From: an uncultured delta proteobacterium
GTDB taxonomy: Bacteria > Desulfobacterota > WTBG01 > CAIYCZ01 > CAIRTM01
Assembly: GCA_963804955.1 (NCBI GenBank)
Contig: CAWDSQ010000008.1
Location: 96,001-160,000 of the forward strand
Direction of reading: 5' to 3'
Length of the DNA: 64,000 nucleotides
In this document: positions 34,799-45,843 of the stretch, in pieces
How the letters are laid out: each line of letters opens with the position of its first letter
Numbering within the stretch: the stretch's first letter is position 1
Position numbers and translations under genes: made by a program
Notes under the pieces: model-generated
What the model saw: the letters and a program-made list of their open reading frames with translations, nothing else
What the model was told of the DNA's origin: nothing
Database searches by the model: none

Positions 34799-35402
34799 TG
34801 GTAAAGCTCACTGTAGGGAAACGGATTTCAATGCCGGGATGCTTCTCTGCGGCAGCGCCGGCCAGATCATAGGGCAGCAGCCGGCCAAGCTTGAGGCCGA
34901 AGGCGCGAAAGAACCAGCCCATGAATTCCTCGTTGGCCGCAGCGCTGTTTGCAAAGAAGAGTATCTCGTTTGTCGCCGTATTCCAGCACACGTCAAAAAG
35001 CGTTGGCGCCGGCAGCGACCTTTTCACCAGTTCCTGCCGCACCTGCTCCTTAAGCAGATCCTTGTCTTTTTTCCGGAGCACCTCAAGGCCGGAATTTTTT
35101 TTATATTTGATCTCTTCCCGCAGCATGGCCGCCTTCATGGCAAGGCCCGGCACGCGGCGCACGTCGATACGCAGCGAAAAAACGATATAGGGCCCTTTGG
35201 AAAAATGCAGGTCGTCGAAAAACGTGGAGGCCATGTTTTCGGCAGACACCCACCCGGCTGATTTTTCGTTCAGGGTGCCTGTCTCGATCTCGCGGAAGGA
35301 AAACTCCTTGAGCTTCTCAAGAGCAAATTCCTTCACCCGCTCGGGCGGATCATCGATCAGGCGGTAGCGCACATAGCTTGCAGAGCCGGTATAGAGGCCC
35401 AT
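34791..35402 (-). CDS. rdgC: Recombination-associated RdgC-like protein, N-terminal-half type
   Basis: MGLYTGSASYVRY..SAGWV..FSLRIDVRRVP..LKEQVRQELVKRSLP..FDVCWN. Confidence 0.65.
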   Translation of the reverse strand: MGLYTGSASYVRYRLIDDPPERVKEFALEKLKEFSFREIETGTLNEKSAGWVSAENMASTFFDDLHFSKGPYIVFSLRIDVRRVPGLAMKAAMLREEIKYKKNSGLEVLRKKDKDLLKEQVRQELVKRSLPAPTLFDVCWNTATNEILFFANSAAANEEFMGWFFRAFGLKLGRLLPYDLAGAAAEKHPGIEIRFPTVSFTNE

Positions 35403-35612
35403 AGATATCTCCAAAATGGTCATTTCAAAATAGCTTATATTTATACCTTCACGGCAGGCAAATGGCAAGGACAAAGCTAGTGGCGACCTACCCTCCAACA
35501 ATACGTCTACCATTTGAAAATCTTGCCCTTTTCTTCCTTCGCATGATATAAGTTTGGTACAATTCTTCCGAAGTTCAAATAATTAAACATAACCTAATTG
35601 GATATCAAATAA

Positions 35613-37592
35613 ATGGCTCTCTCCCTCAACAAACCCAAACTTGATAATCTTGCCGGTGAGATATGGAAATCCGCGGAGCGGCTGCGCGGAAAATTCAAGG
35701 CTTATGAATATCAGACTGTCGTTTTGCCCATCATCGTCATCCGGCGGCTTGAATGTGTTCTGCTGAAATGGCGTGAGGATAAAAAGGCCGAGATTCGGTC
35801 AAAACAGCCAAAGCTTTCCGATAAGGATCTTGATGCTCTGGTCAAGAAGCTGGAACAAAACCCGCAGCAGGCGCCTTTCTCAAATAAAACCGACTGGACC
35901 CTGCGGAAAGTCTACGAAGAAGACCACGCACTTCTTGAAGAAAATTCCGTGCCTACCTCAACGGCTTTTCAAAAAACGTTGACGATATTATCGAGCATTT
36001 CAATTACCGTGGCACCATCGGCCAAATGGTAAAGAACAATCGGCTTGCGCCCATTCTTAATCAATACAAGGAACTTGACGTGGGCCCCGATCAGCTTTAA
36101 CCGCTTGAAATGGGATATGTTTACGAAGAACTTCTTAAACGTTTTTCCGAGCAGAGCGGCGAAGAGGCTGGTGATCATTTCACGCCGCGTGAAATTATCC
36201 GCTTGATGGTCGAATTACTTGAAATACCCATACCCGATAAAAATATTTCAATCTATGATCCCGCGGCCGGAAACGGCGGCATGTTGTCGGTTGCAAAAGG
36301 AACACCTGCTTGATCGAGCAAAAAATGAAGCGGAAAAAGAGCGGGTTGCAAAGCTTCTTACGATTTATGGCCATGAGTTTTCTCCCACCAACTATGCAAT
36401 TTGCATGGCTGACCTGCTTATCAAGAACGATCAGCAGGCAAAAGTATATTGCGGCAATTCGCTTATCCCGCACGATAAAAACAGCCGGGAGCCGGGCGAC
36501 CAGTTGCCGGAAACAACATACCATTTTGATTTCATGCTCAGTAATCCGCCCTTTGGCGTGACCTGGGGAGGTAAAGACGGCTATGAGACCGAAGCACGAA
36601 AGCTTAAAAAGACCCGCTATCAGGCAGGCATGCCGCGCACCAATGACGGTGCATTGCTTTTTTTGCAGACCATGCTCGCCAAAATGCAGCCACCGGAAAA
36701 AGGCGGTAGCCGCATTGCTATCGTTTTTAACGGCTCACCGCTTTCTAATGGCGACTGCGGCTCCGGTGAAAGCGAAATTCGGCGCTGGATTCTGGAGAAC
36801 GACTGGCTCGACGCCATCGTGATGCTGCCTGATCAGCTTTTCTACAATACCGGCATATTTACCTATATCTGGCTTCTGCGCAACGAGAAGCCCGCAAGTC
36901 ATAAGGGCCGGGTGATGCTCATAGATGCGCGAAAACAGTTTGAAAAAGAGCCGAAAGCGTTCGCCAGCAAACGCAACCGCATGACCGACGTGCACCGCGA
37001 CTGGATTGAAGAGCGCCACCGCAAAGGCTGTGCCAAGTATTATCAGGATGAAAATGTAAAACTTTTTCAAACAAAAGATTTTGCCTTCCACAAGGTGGCT
37101 GTTGTTTTCTGGCAGACCGATGAGAATGACCAGCCCGCTATTGTCACCGAGCCCTATGAAAAAGCTTTCACAGCGGCGAATGTAAAAAAGGAACAGGAGT
37201 TCTACGACAGCGATTTAACCTTCCGTATCCGGCTGAAGAGCGGAAAAAGTGAGAAAGCAGTAACTCTGGCTCTTTCCCCGAAGGATAATGCGGCTAAAAA
37301 GTTGAAGACAGTGATGGATGACAAGCCGGAGATCATCTCGGTTGAATGGACCCACCGCCACTATGTGAAAGATGATGAATACATCCCCTACGGCGAAGAC
37401 ATCGAAACATTTCTGAAACGTGAGATAGGCAAGCCCATCATCCGCTGGGAAGACAGCCCCCAACTGGGCTATGAAATTTTGCCAAATAAATATTTTTATC
37501 GTTATCAGCCCCCAACGCCGGCAAAAGAATTGTTGGCGGAGTTCTGGAAATTGGAAAAAGAGGCGGAGAAGATGCTGGAGGGGTTAAATTGA
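35613..37592 (+). CDS. hsdM: Type I R-M DNA methyltransferase subunit M (frameshifted)
   Basis: IWKSAERLRG, GYVYEELL..GDHFTPREII, YDPAAGNGGML, NPPF, LPDQLFYNTGI. Confidence 0.92.
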
Positions 37593-37593
37593 G

Positions 37594-38889
37594 ATGTCAA
37601 TAACTTGTCAGACTTCTAATGCGCCCTGGCTTTACACAATACCGCGCGATTGGCAGACTGATCGGCTGAAGGACATTATTCCGCGCATACTCGGCGGTGG
37701 GACACCACCAAGTTCGGACCCTGATTGCTGGGAAGACGGAGATATTGTGTGGGTGACACCAACTGACTTCTCCCGCTCCGAAAACAGTTCAGAGATTTCT
37801 GATTCCGAACGAAAGATTACGCGCACTGGGTTGAACTCCTCTGCAGCTATTCTGTTGCCGCAGGGCACCGTAATTATGGCTAGTCGCGCAACAATAGGCA
37901 CCGTGCGCCTTGCTGGCACCGTGCTGACGACAAACCAAGGGTTCATCTCGTTCATTTGTGATGCAAAAAAACTCCACCGGCGTTTTCTTTACTACGTGAT
38001 TTCCGGTTTTCTTGGGGGGTATTTTGCCGAGATAGCGCCAGGAACTACCTTTCGAGAGATAAGCCGGGGCAAAGCCAAACTAGAGCCGATAGGCTTTCCG
38101 CCCTTCCCCGAGCAACACCGCGTTGCGGCATATCTGGATGCGAGTTGTGCGGCGATTGATGTGGCGGTGGCCGCCAAACGCCGCCAGCTTGAACTTCTCG
38201 ACGAACATCGTAAGTCCATCATCCATTCTTTATTTGCAAATCTGAGCGGTACAGCTAACGAGCGAGTTAAAGACATAGCGGCAAAAATTACGAGCGGGGT
38301 AACTCCGGATGGTGGTGCTTCCGGCTATCTCGATAGCGGTATACCATTACTGCGCAGCCAAAACGTCCATTTTGACGGTCTTCGCCTTGATGATGTGGCC
38401 TTTATTTCAGCTGAAACTCATGCCGAAATGAGTGGAAGCCAATTAAAACCAAGGGATGTGCTACTCAACATCACCGGAGCCTCGATTGGCCGTTGTTCTT
38501 TCGTTCCAGATGGGTTTGGTGAAGGCAATGTCAACCAACATGTTTGTATAATTCGTCCCGGCCCATGCATTGATTATAGATTCCTCACCGCGTTCCTTTC
38601 ATCACCAATGGGGCAAGATCAGATTCATTCGACATTTACCGGTGCGTCTCGCCAAGGGTTGAGCCACAAGGATCTCGGTCTAATCCGTATTCCATTTCCG
38701 AAGTTACAAGTGCAGCAGGTAGTCGTTACTAAAATTGAGAACCATGATGGTCAGTACGATCAACTTCGTCGTTGTATTATCTCCCAAATCACCACTCTTA
38801 CCGCCTACCGCAAGTCGCTCATTCACGAATGCGTGACCGGGCAGCGGCGGGTGACGGAAACGGATGTGGCGCGGGTGCTCCGGAATTGA
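37594..38889 (+). CDS. hsdS: Type I R-M specificity subunit S
   Basis: Two TRDs (GGTP..SRATIG..TNQGF; SGVTP..LRSQNV..NITGASIGR..NQHV) with PPFPEQ conserved helices. Confidence 0.92.
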   Translation: MSITCQTSNAPWLYTIPRDWQTDRLKDIIPRILGGGTPPSSDPDCWEDGDIVWVTPTDFSRSENSSEISDSERKITRTGLNSSAAILLPQGTVIMASRATIGTVRLAGTVLTTNQGFISFICDAKKLHRRFLYYVISGFLGGYFAEIAPGTTFREISRGKAKLEPIGFPPFPEQHRVAAYLDASCAAIDVAVAAKRRQLELLDEHRKSIIHSLFANLSGTANERVKDIAAKITSGVTPDGGASGYLDSGIPLLRSQNVHFDGLRLDDVAFISAETHAEMSGSQLKPRDVLLNITGASIGRCSFVPDGFGEGNVNQHVCIIRPGPCIDYRFLTAFLSSPMGQDQIHSTFTGASRQGLSHKDLGLIRIPFPKLQVQQVVVTKIENHDGQYDQLRRCIISQITTLTAYRKSLIHECVTGQRRVTETDVARVLRN

Positions 38890-39001
38890 GGCGGGAAAAG
38901 CTTATTGAAAAGATTGTGCAGACACTGATTGCACTATTCGGTAGTGGGTAACTACCCACTATACCTTTCCGGGAGGCTTCCAATTTTTGGAATGACAGCA
39001 C

Positions 39002-39072
39002 AAAAAGAAATGCCCCTCCGAATCTCGGAAAGGGCATCAGGCTGGAGATGCTATCTCCAGGGCTGTTATCTA
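39002..39072 (-). ncRNA. Candidate ~70-nt structured small RNA divergent from the NYN gene
   Basis: Minus-strand TTGACA (39107-39102) plus TATA-like -10, perfect 8-bp hairpin CTGGAGAT-AGC-ATCTCCAG, then GC stem followed by UUUCUUUUUG (intrinsic terminator). Confidence 0.45.
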
Positions 39073-39150
39073 CTTAATGTATATAGCTCGGGTAAAAAAA
39101 TTGTCAATAAAATAATAGCAAACTAAGTAATTATAGGCTAAAGAATCGCA

Positions 39151-39759
39151 ATGGAGCGAGTAATTTCATATATAGACGGATTCAATCTGTATTTCGGCTT
39201 AAAGTCAGCCAGACTTAACCGCTACCTCTGGCTTGATCTCCATAACCTCTCGATTAATCTTCTTAAAAAACCACAGCAGTTGGTAAAAGTGAAGTACTTT
39301 ACTGCCAGAATAACCGGCCCGCCGATAAACAGAAACGCCAGTCCACATATATTGAAGCGCTTGAAGGGCTTTCAAACCTGGAAATATATTACGGAAAATA
39401 TCAGCTAAATCCTCAAACAGCCGTAACTGTAATTTTCAGAGCATGGTGCCAAGTGAGAAAATGACAGATGTTAACATTGCCGTACAAATTCTGATCGATG
39501 CTTATCAGAATAATTACGACACTGCGCTTTGATCTCCGCTGACAGTGATCTTATCGGCCCCATTACTGCTGTTAGAAAATTATTCCCCATGAAGCGAATT
39601 GTTATTGCATTTCCACCCGACCGGTTCTCTCGGGAACTTGCCAATAATGCAAGCGGCTATTTTGTCATAGGGCATAAAAAGTTTGCACAAAGTCAGTTTC
39701 CGGAGACTGTGACAAAACCTGACGGGTTTGTACTGCGCCGTCCTGAAAGCTGGAAATAA
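39151..39759 (+). CDS. NYN (LabA/DUF88, PIN-fold) ribonuclease (frameshifted)
   Basis: YIDGFNLY, KYFTAR, EKMTDVNIA, ISADSDL acidic catalytic motifs across ORFs 39151-39408 and 39529-39759. Confidence 0.85.
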
Positions 39760-39829
39760 TAATAAAAAGTCCTTTAACTTTATTGATGCCACATTGATAT
39801 CTGAAAGCTAGGATGCGTAGAGACTGATT

Positions 39830-42754
39830 ATGGCACGGAAAAAAGCCCCTGAAATTAAGTTTCAAGAGCATATCGCCGCTTACCTTAACGCTAAGCACGG
39901 TTATCCTGTGCTTGAACAAACCGAAATTATAGACTCGGAACACTTCATCGCAGAGGATCATCTGTGGAGTTTTCTCAATGCTACGCAGAAAGACACTCTT
40001 GACAAACTGGCTGCCGATTATGGCATTGATGCGCGGGATGAGGTGTCTAAAGCTCTACGTGCAGAACTGAATTATACACCGCTATGGATGCTTTTGCGGC
40101 ATGGGTTAAAGGTTCGGGGGCTGGAGTTTCGTCTTTTTATACCCAAACCACGATCAAGCGAGAGCATAGCAAACGCACATTACGGCCAAAACCGCATTAC
40201 TTATAGGCACCACTTCTTTTTCGGAGAAACAAATCAAGAAATTGATTTTGTCCTCTTCCTTAATGGTCTGCCCATAGTAGCCCTAGAGCTGAAGCACGAT
40301 AAAAACCAGACCGTTCATGATGCCGTAGCTCAGTTTGCCAGCCGCGACCATGCACACAAAATTTTTCAGCATCCGTTTCTCTACCTCGCTGCCGATACAA
40401 GCGATGTGATGGCAGCCACCGACCCGCGCCGTGAGGAGAATTTCCGCTGGCACAATACGGGACTTAAAAATGAGCCTCTGAACAGTGATGGCAAGGAATA
40501 TCCGGTTGAGTTCCTTTACCGCGAAGTCCTATCGAAGGAACATTTGCTGGAGGCGCTTTCGTTCTTTCTGGTCCGTGTGCCGCACCGTGATGCCGAGGAG
40601 GATAAACCGGAGAGGCCTGCCTTTACCCTGTTTCCCCGCTATCATCAAAGCCGCATGGTGCGGAAGGTGACAGACGATGCTCTGACGCACTTCACCACAA
40701 ATGGCGATATCGGGCGCAAATATCTTATCAATCACTCGGCAGGCAGCGGAAAGACGCTTTCCATCTGCTGGTTGGCTGATCGTTTGCACAGCCTGTATAA
40801 ACCGGGCACAAACGAAAAGTTGGTCGACATGGTGTTTATTCTCACTGACCGCAAGTCGCTTGATAAAAACATCAAGGACGAAATCGAAAATTTCACGCAT
40901 CTCAAGGATGTGATCGGTCTTGCGCGGGAAGCAGATGACCTGCCGCGCTTTTTTGCACAGCGAAAATCCATCGTCGTGACCACCCAGCAGAAATTTACCT
41001 GGATATTGGAAAAAATTAAAAGCGATCCGGATCTGAAAAAACGGCGTGTAGCCTTCTTGATTGACGAGGCGCACCGCTCGCAGGAAGGAAAGATGGGCGC
41101 TGCTATTCGCGTGCCATTCCGCGATGTCGAAACACCCGATACCGATGAACCAGAAGAAGACGAAGAAGAAAAGATTGCCAAAATTATCCGCGAGCATGAT
41201 AGCAATCAACTTTTTGTCGCTTTTACCGCCACACCCGCACCCGCCACCGTGACGCTTTTTGGCGAACCGTTCGATGCGTATACGGAGGCTGAAGCCATTG
41301 CCGAAGGGTACATAGTTGATGTTGCCGCCAGCATCATTTCTTATGAAACGCTGTATCATTTACAGTGTCCTGTTGTCGTAAAACTTGGCGAAGAGAAAGT
41401 TTATCCGGCAGGCGTGGTGGCGAAAGCGCTCAAGAATGTGGCGTTTCAGGATGAAGGCCTTATTCAATACAAAGCTGAAGTGATGCTCCGCATTTTTGAA
41501 GAAAACGTGATGCATCTTATCGATGGCAGGGCCAAAGCGATGATTGTCACCAGTTCCCGCGTGGCAGGCCTGCGGTATTTTGAGATTATTAAGCAGAAAC
41601 TCATAGAGCGTGGGGTGGGCTATAAGGTTCTCTATGCATTCTCCGATTTTGTTCATTACAAAACGAATGCGGCTGTCAGCGAACATGCGGTAAACGAACT
41701 TAAAGACGGTGAGCTGATTGAAGATCGTTTCGACGGCGATGATTACCGTTTGATGGTGGTGGCCAACAAATTTCAGACGGGTTTTGACCAACCACTTCTG
41801 GCCGGAATGTTTCTTGATAAACCGGTTATGGACCGCAACGCAGTCCAGACCGTTTCTCGTTTGAACCGGTGCCATGAAGGCAAAAAGGATGTCGTGGTTG
41901 TTGATTTTACGAATAATGCCAGGGCCATCCTCAAGGCATTCATGAAATATCGGAAAGGCACCCCGTTTGAACCGGGAGAGCCGGACGACCAGCAGTGCAT
42001 TCGCCTGTATGACGAGATTATCGGGGCGGGTGTGTTCACGCAAAAGGATGCCGGTGATATAGTCGTATCTCTGGCAAATGAAACAGACGCACAAACGCAG
42101 CTCCGAGTTGCTGCGCTACGCCAGCGTTTTGAGGATACAATCAGCGGCATAGACCAGCGTAAAGCCTTTGTGTATCTGCTGGAAAAATTTGTGAAAAGTT
42201 ATCATTTCCTGACTTCCTTTTTTACATATTCGGTTGAGATACAAGAGTTTGCCGCTTTTGCCGAATATGTGGGGCCACAGCTTATTAAAAAGGGCACTGT
42301 TTCAGAGCTCATGCAGCAAATCCGCCAAACAGAAGTTGTCAAGGCGGCTGTCAAATCTCTGGGGGAAGTGCGCAGCGGCGGTACAGTAAAACTGAAACCA
42401 GGGAAAGGGAATACGGGCGCTGGTCCGCCGATTCGAAAAGTATCCGTGCAGGATATGATTGATGAGATTCGCACTCGGTTTACCATCACGGATGAAGAAG
42501 CGCTGTTAATACGGCAGGTAACCGATGAAAAAGCTCATGACAGGGAGATCCATGAAACGGTCATTTCACATCGGGATAATCCTGTCTTTATAGAAGAAAC
42601 TTTCAAGGAACGAGTCGATGGTTTGATCCAGCGCCGCTATGAAGAACTTGGCCATATAAATGAGCTTTTCGATCCACGCTACATTGATCAGGGTGCAATT
42701 TTTGATATTATGGCCGGCACGGTGATTCGACATCATCTGGAGTGCGCAGCATGA
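39830..42754 (+). CDS. hsdR: Type I restriction endonuclease subunit R
   Basis: IDFVLFLNGLPIVALELK nuclease motif, HSAGSGKT, DEAH, FTATP, KFQTGFDQP, QTVSRLNR. Confidence 0.92.
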   Translation: MARKKAPEIKFQEHIAAYLNAKHGYPVLEQTEIIDSEHFIAEDHLWSFLNATQKDTLDKLAADYGIDARDEVSKALRAELNYTPLWMLLRHGLKVRGLEFRLFIPKPRSSESIANAHYGQNRITYRHHFFFGETNQEIDFVLFLNGLPIVALELKHDKNQTVHDAVAQFASRDHAHKIFQHPFLYLAADTSDVMAATDPRREENFRWHNTGLKNEPLNSDGKEYPVEFLYREVLSKEHLLEALSFFLVRVPHRDAEEDKPERPAFTLFPRYHQSRMVRKVTDDALTHFTTNGDIGRKYLINHSAGSGKTLSICWLADRLHSLYKPGTNEKLVDMVFILTDRKSLDKNIKDEIENFTHLKDVIGLAREADDLPRFFAQRKSIVVTTQQKFTWILEKIKSDPDLKKRRVAFLIDEAHRSQEGKMGAAIRVPFRDVETPDTDEPEEDEEEKIAKIIREHDSNQLFVAFTATPAPATVTLFGEPFDAYTEAEAIAEGYIVDVAASIISYETLYHLQCPVVVKLGEEKVYPAGVVAKALKNVAFQDEGLIQYKAEVMLRIFEENVMHLIDGRAKAMIVTSSRVAGLRYFEIIKQKLIERGVGYKVLYAFSDFVHYKTNAAVSEHAVNELKDGELIEDRFDGDDYRLMVVANKFQTGFDQPLLAGMFLDKPVMDRNAVQTVSRLNRCHEGKKDVVVVDFTNNARAILKAFMKYRKGTPFEPGEPDDQQCIRLYDEIIGAGVFTQKDAGDIVVSLANETDAQTQLRVAALRQRFEDTISGIDQRKAFVYLLEKFVKSYHFLTSFFTYSVEIQEFAAFAEYVGPQLIKKGTVSELMQQIRQTEVVKAAVKSLGEVRSGGTVKLKPGKGNTGAGPPIRKVSVQDMIDEIRTRFTITDEEALLIRQVTDEKAHDREIHETVISHRDNPVFIEETFKERVDGLIQRRYEELGHINELFDPRYIDQGAIFDIMAGTVIRHHLECAA

Positions 42755-43413
42755 GCAAAAAAATTAGTCAAATCCCTCCCCATGATCGGCCGCGAGAAAA
42801 ACTGCTCGCAAAAGGGGCTGCTGCGCTTAGCGACCAGGAACTAATTGCCGTCCTGCTGGGTAAGGGCACTCCTCAAATGGATGTAATGGCCCTTGCTGCC
42901 AGGGTGGCTCGTGTCATTGATGAAAAAGGGCTTGCTGTCCGAGTGGAAGATTTGACAGGGTTTGATGGGGTTGGAGCCGCCAAAGCAACGCTTATTCTGG
43001 CTGCCATTGAGTTTGCACGACGCCGCATTAAGCCTGAAGGCTTAAAGATTGCTACCCCTGCCGACGTGCTGCCCTTAATCCGGCATTATGCCGATCGGAA
43101 GCAGGAGCATTTTCTTTCAATAACCATTAACGGGGCGAATGAAGTGTTGAGTGTACGGGTTGTTTCTATTGGCCTTGTTGACCGCAGCCCTGCACACCCT
43201 CGTGAAGTATTTGCTGATGCGGTGTCAGATCGCGCCTCAGGTATTATCGTAGCGCATAACCATCCGGCAGGAAGTCTTGAACCCTCACAATTTGATGTAG
43301 AGATAACAAGCCAGTTAAAGCAAGCCGGTGAGATTGTCGGAATTCAGCTTCTTGATCACATCATTTTCAATCGGAATGGTTATTACAGTTTTTTAGAAGC
43401 TGGATGTTTATAA
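42751..43413 (+). CDS. radC: RadC-family JAB-domain protein
   Basis: DRPREKL..LSDQEL, HhH GVGAAKA, HPREVF, AHNHPAG..PSQFD, LLDHII; ATGA overlap with hsdR. Confidence 0.92.
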   Translation: MSKKISQIPPHDRPREKLLAKGAAALSDQELIAVLLGKGTPQMDVMALAARVARVIDEKGLAVRVEDLTGFDGVGAAKATLILAAIEFARRRIKPEGLKIATPADVLPLIRHYADRKQEHFLSITINGANEVLSVRVVSIGLVDRSPAHPREVFADAVSDRASGIIVAHNHPAGSLEPSQFDVEITSQLKQAGEIVGIQLLDHIIFNRNGYYSFLEAGCL

Positions 43414-43439
43414 GGACGATCGTTTTGAGAATGTAAGCG

Positions 43440-45825
43440 GTGACAAAACATTACGATAGTCATGAAACGAAGCAAACAGAAATCGAACAGCTTCGAGAGG
43501 AAAACCAGCGTCTTAAGTCACTGCTTGACGCTCACGGTATTAACTGGGAGCAAGATCCTGTAACCTATGCCGTAACCCATACCACGCCGACCGCTGCACA
43601 CGAAAGCGGCCCCCAGTTAGATTCTTCCACAAAAGTCGCTCTTTTTCGCAGCCTTTTCCGTGGCCGCACCGATGTGTATCCTCTGCGCTGGGAATCGGCC
43701 AAAGGGAAATCCGGCTATTCTCCCGCCTGTGCTAATGAATGGCGAAGCGGTGTGTGCGGAAAGCCCCGGACAAAGTGCGCCGATTGCGAGCAGCGAATGC
43801 TGCTGCCTGTCACCGATCAGGTTATTGTTGATCATTTGACCGGACGGCAGACTATCGGCATTTATCCGCTGCTTACCGATGATACCTGCTGGTTTCTGGC
43901 GGTCGACTTTGACGAAGCCGACTGGCGCGATGATGCCCATGCTTTTATGCAATCGTGCCGTGAGCTTGGCGTGCCTGCGGCGCTCGAAATATCACGCTCT
44001 GGTGATGGCGCGCATGTCTGGATATTTTTTACTGAGGCCGTGCCTGCACGTGAAGCGCGCAAGCTGGGGCGGCGCTTATCAGCCATACCTGCGCACGCAC
44101 ACGGCAGTTGAGTCTTGCAAGTTATGACCGCTTTTTCCCTAATCAGGACAGCCTGCCTAAAGGCGGCTTCGGGAATCTGATTGCGCTGCCCCTGCAGAAA
44201 AATATTCGCGAACAGGGTCGCAGTGTGTTTGTCGATGAACGACTTTAATCTGCTGCCTGATCAATGGACGTTTTTGGCTTCACTTGCCCGGATGAGTTTA
44301 CTTGAGGTGGAAAACGCCATCCAAAGGGCGACAGGAGGGCGCTCATCCTCTTGATGTGGCGTTTGTGACGGAGGAGGATGAGCGCGAACCTTGGAAACGA
44401 CCATCTGCGGAATTTACTGAAATTCCGGGGCCGTTGCCACCCTCGCTTAAGCTTGTTCTTGCAAATCAGATATTTATTGAAAAAGCTGCATTATCGCAGC
44501 CGCTTGCCAACCGCTTGATTCGCCTTGCAGCTTTCCAGAATCCGGAATTCTACAAGGCACAGGCCATGCGCTTTCCGGTTTGGGACAAGCCGCGAGTTAT
44601 CGGGTGCGCAGAAAATTATCCGCAGCATATCGGCCTGCCCCGAGGCTGTCTTGAGGCAGTGTTTGATCTTCTGGGCAGGCATAATATCCGCGCTGAAATT
44701 CTGGACGAAAGAGTTCCGGCGAACCTGTCAGCGCTGTTTTTACTGGAACTTTGCGAGAAGATCAGGAAGCGGCTGTTGAGGCAATGCTTGCGCACAAGAC
44801 AGGAGTACTCTGTGCTCCGACAGCCTTCGGCAAAACCGTCACCGCCGCAGCGCTGATCGCCCGAAGGCAGGTCAGCACGCTTGTGCTGGTTCACCGCAAT
44901 GAACTGCTCAAGCAATGGCAGGAGCGATTGACAGTTTTTCTTGAAGCACCTAAAGGCTCCATCGGCGTGATCGGCGGCGGTAAAAAGAAGCCTTCAGGCT
45001 GCATCGATATTGCTGTTATGCAGACATTGTCGCGCTATGAAAATCTGCCGGAACTGCTTGACCGGTATGGCCAGATTATTGTCGATGAATGCCATCATAT
45101 TTCAGCTTTTTCCTTTGAAACCATTCTGAAGCAGTGTAAAGCCTCTTTTGTTGTGGGGCTGACGGCAACACCGGTGCGCCGCGACGGGCATCAACCGATC
45201 ATTTTCATGCAGTGCGGCCCGATCCGCCATAATGCTGCACGACCGGATTCAGCGCCGACACAGTTGGAAGTCTGGCCGCGCATGCTGCAGGCGCCGCCGC
45301 TTGCACCGGAAGCTGCAATTCAAGATGTGTTTCGCACCCTCACAACCGATGCGCAACGCAATCAGCGCATTGCACGGGATATTATTGATGCATTCCGTGA
45401 AGGTAGAAAAATTCTTGCTTTGACTGAACGGACCGAACAACTGGAACTGCTGCGGACGGCTTTTGGTGATGAGGTGGCGACCTGTTTCATGCTGCATGGC
45501 AGAATGTCGAAGAAGCACAGAGCAGAAGTGATGGAAATGCTTTGCTGCGCTTGACGGCTCAGCACCACGAGTAATTCTTGCCACAGGCCGCTTAATAGGC
45601 GAGGGCTTTGATCATCCGCCCCTTGATACTTTGGTGCTCTGCCTCCCGATTTCGTGGAAGGGAACGCTTCAGCAGTATGCGGGCCGCCTTCACCGGGAGC
45701 ATGCAGGCAAGCATGATGTGCGGATTTATGACTATGTTGAATTTGACCATCCGCAGCTTGCCCGCATGTGGGACAAACGTTTGCGCGGGTATCGCAGCAT
45801 GGGCTATACGGTACACACGGATTAG
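43440..45825 (+). CDS. TOTE-type archaeo-eukaryotic primase domain fused to SF2 DEAD/DEAH helicase (frameshifted)
   Basis: LFRSLFRGRTDVY, GYSPACANEW, FLAVDFD, SRSGDGAHVW, GFGNLIALPLQ; APTAFGKT, DECHH, LTATP, QYAGRLHR. Confidence 0.85.
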
Positions 45826-45843
45826 AGAAGATCAAGGCCCAAA

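Noticed and set aside
34289..35402. Split RdgC pair as a novel system
   Set aside because: To my knowledge this two-gene form is common in deltaproteobacteria.
37594..38889. Phase-variable (shufflon-type) hsdS
   Set aside because: Single hsdS, no spare TRDs, no recombinase and no simple-sequence tract.
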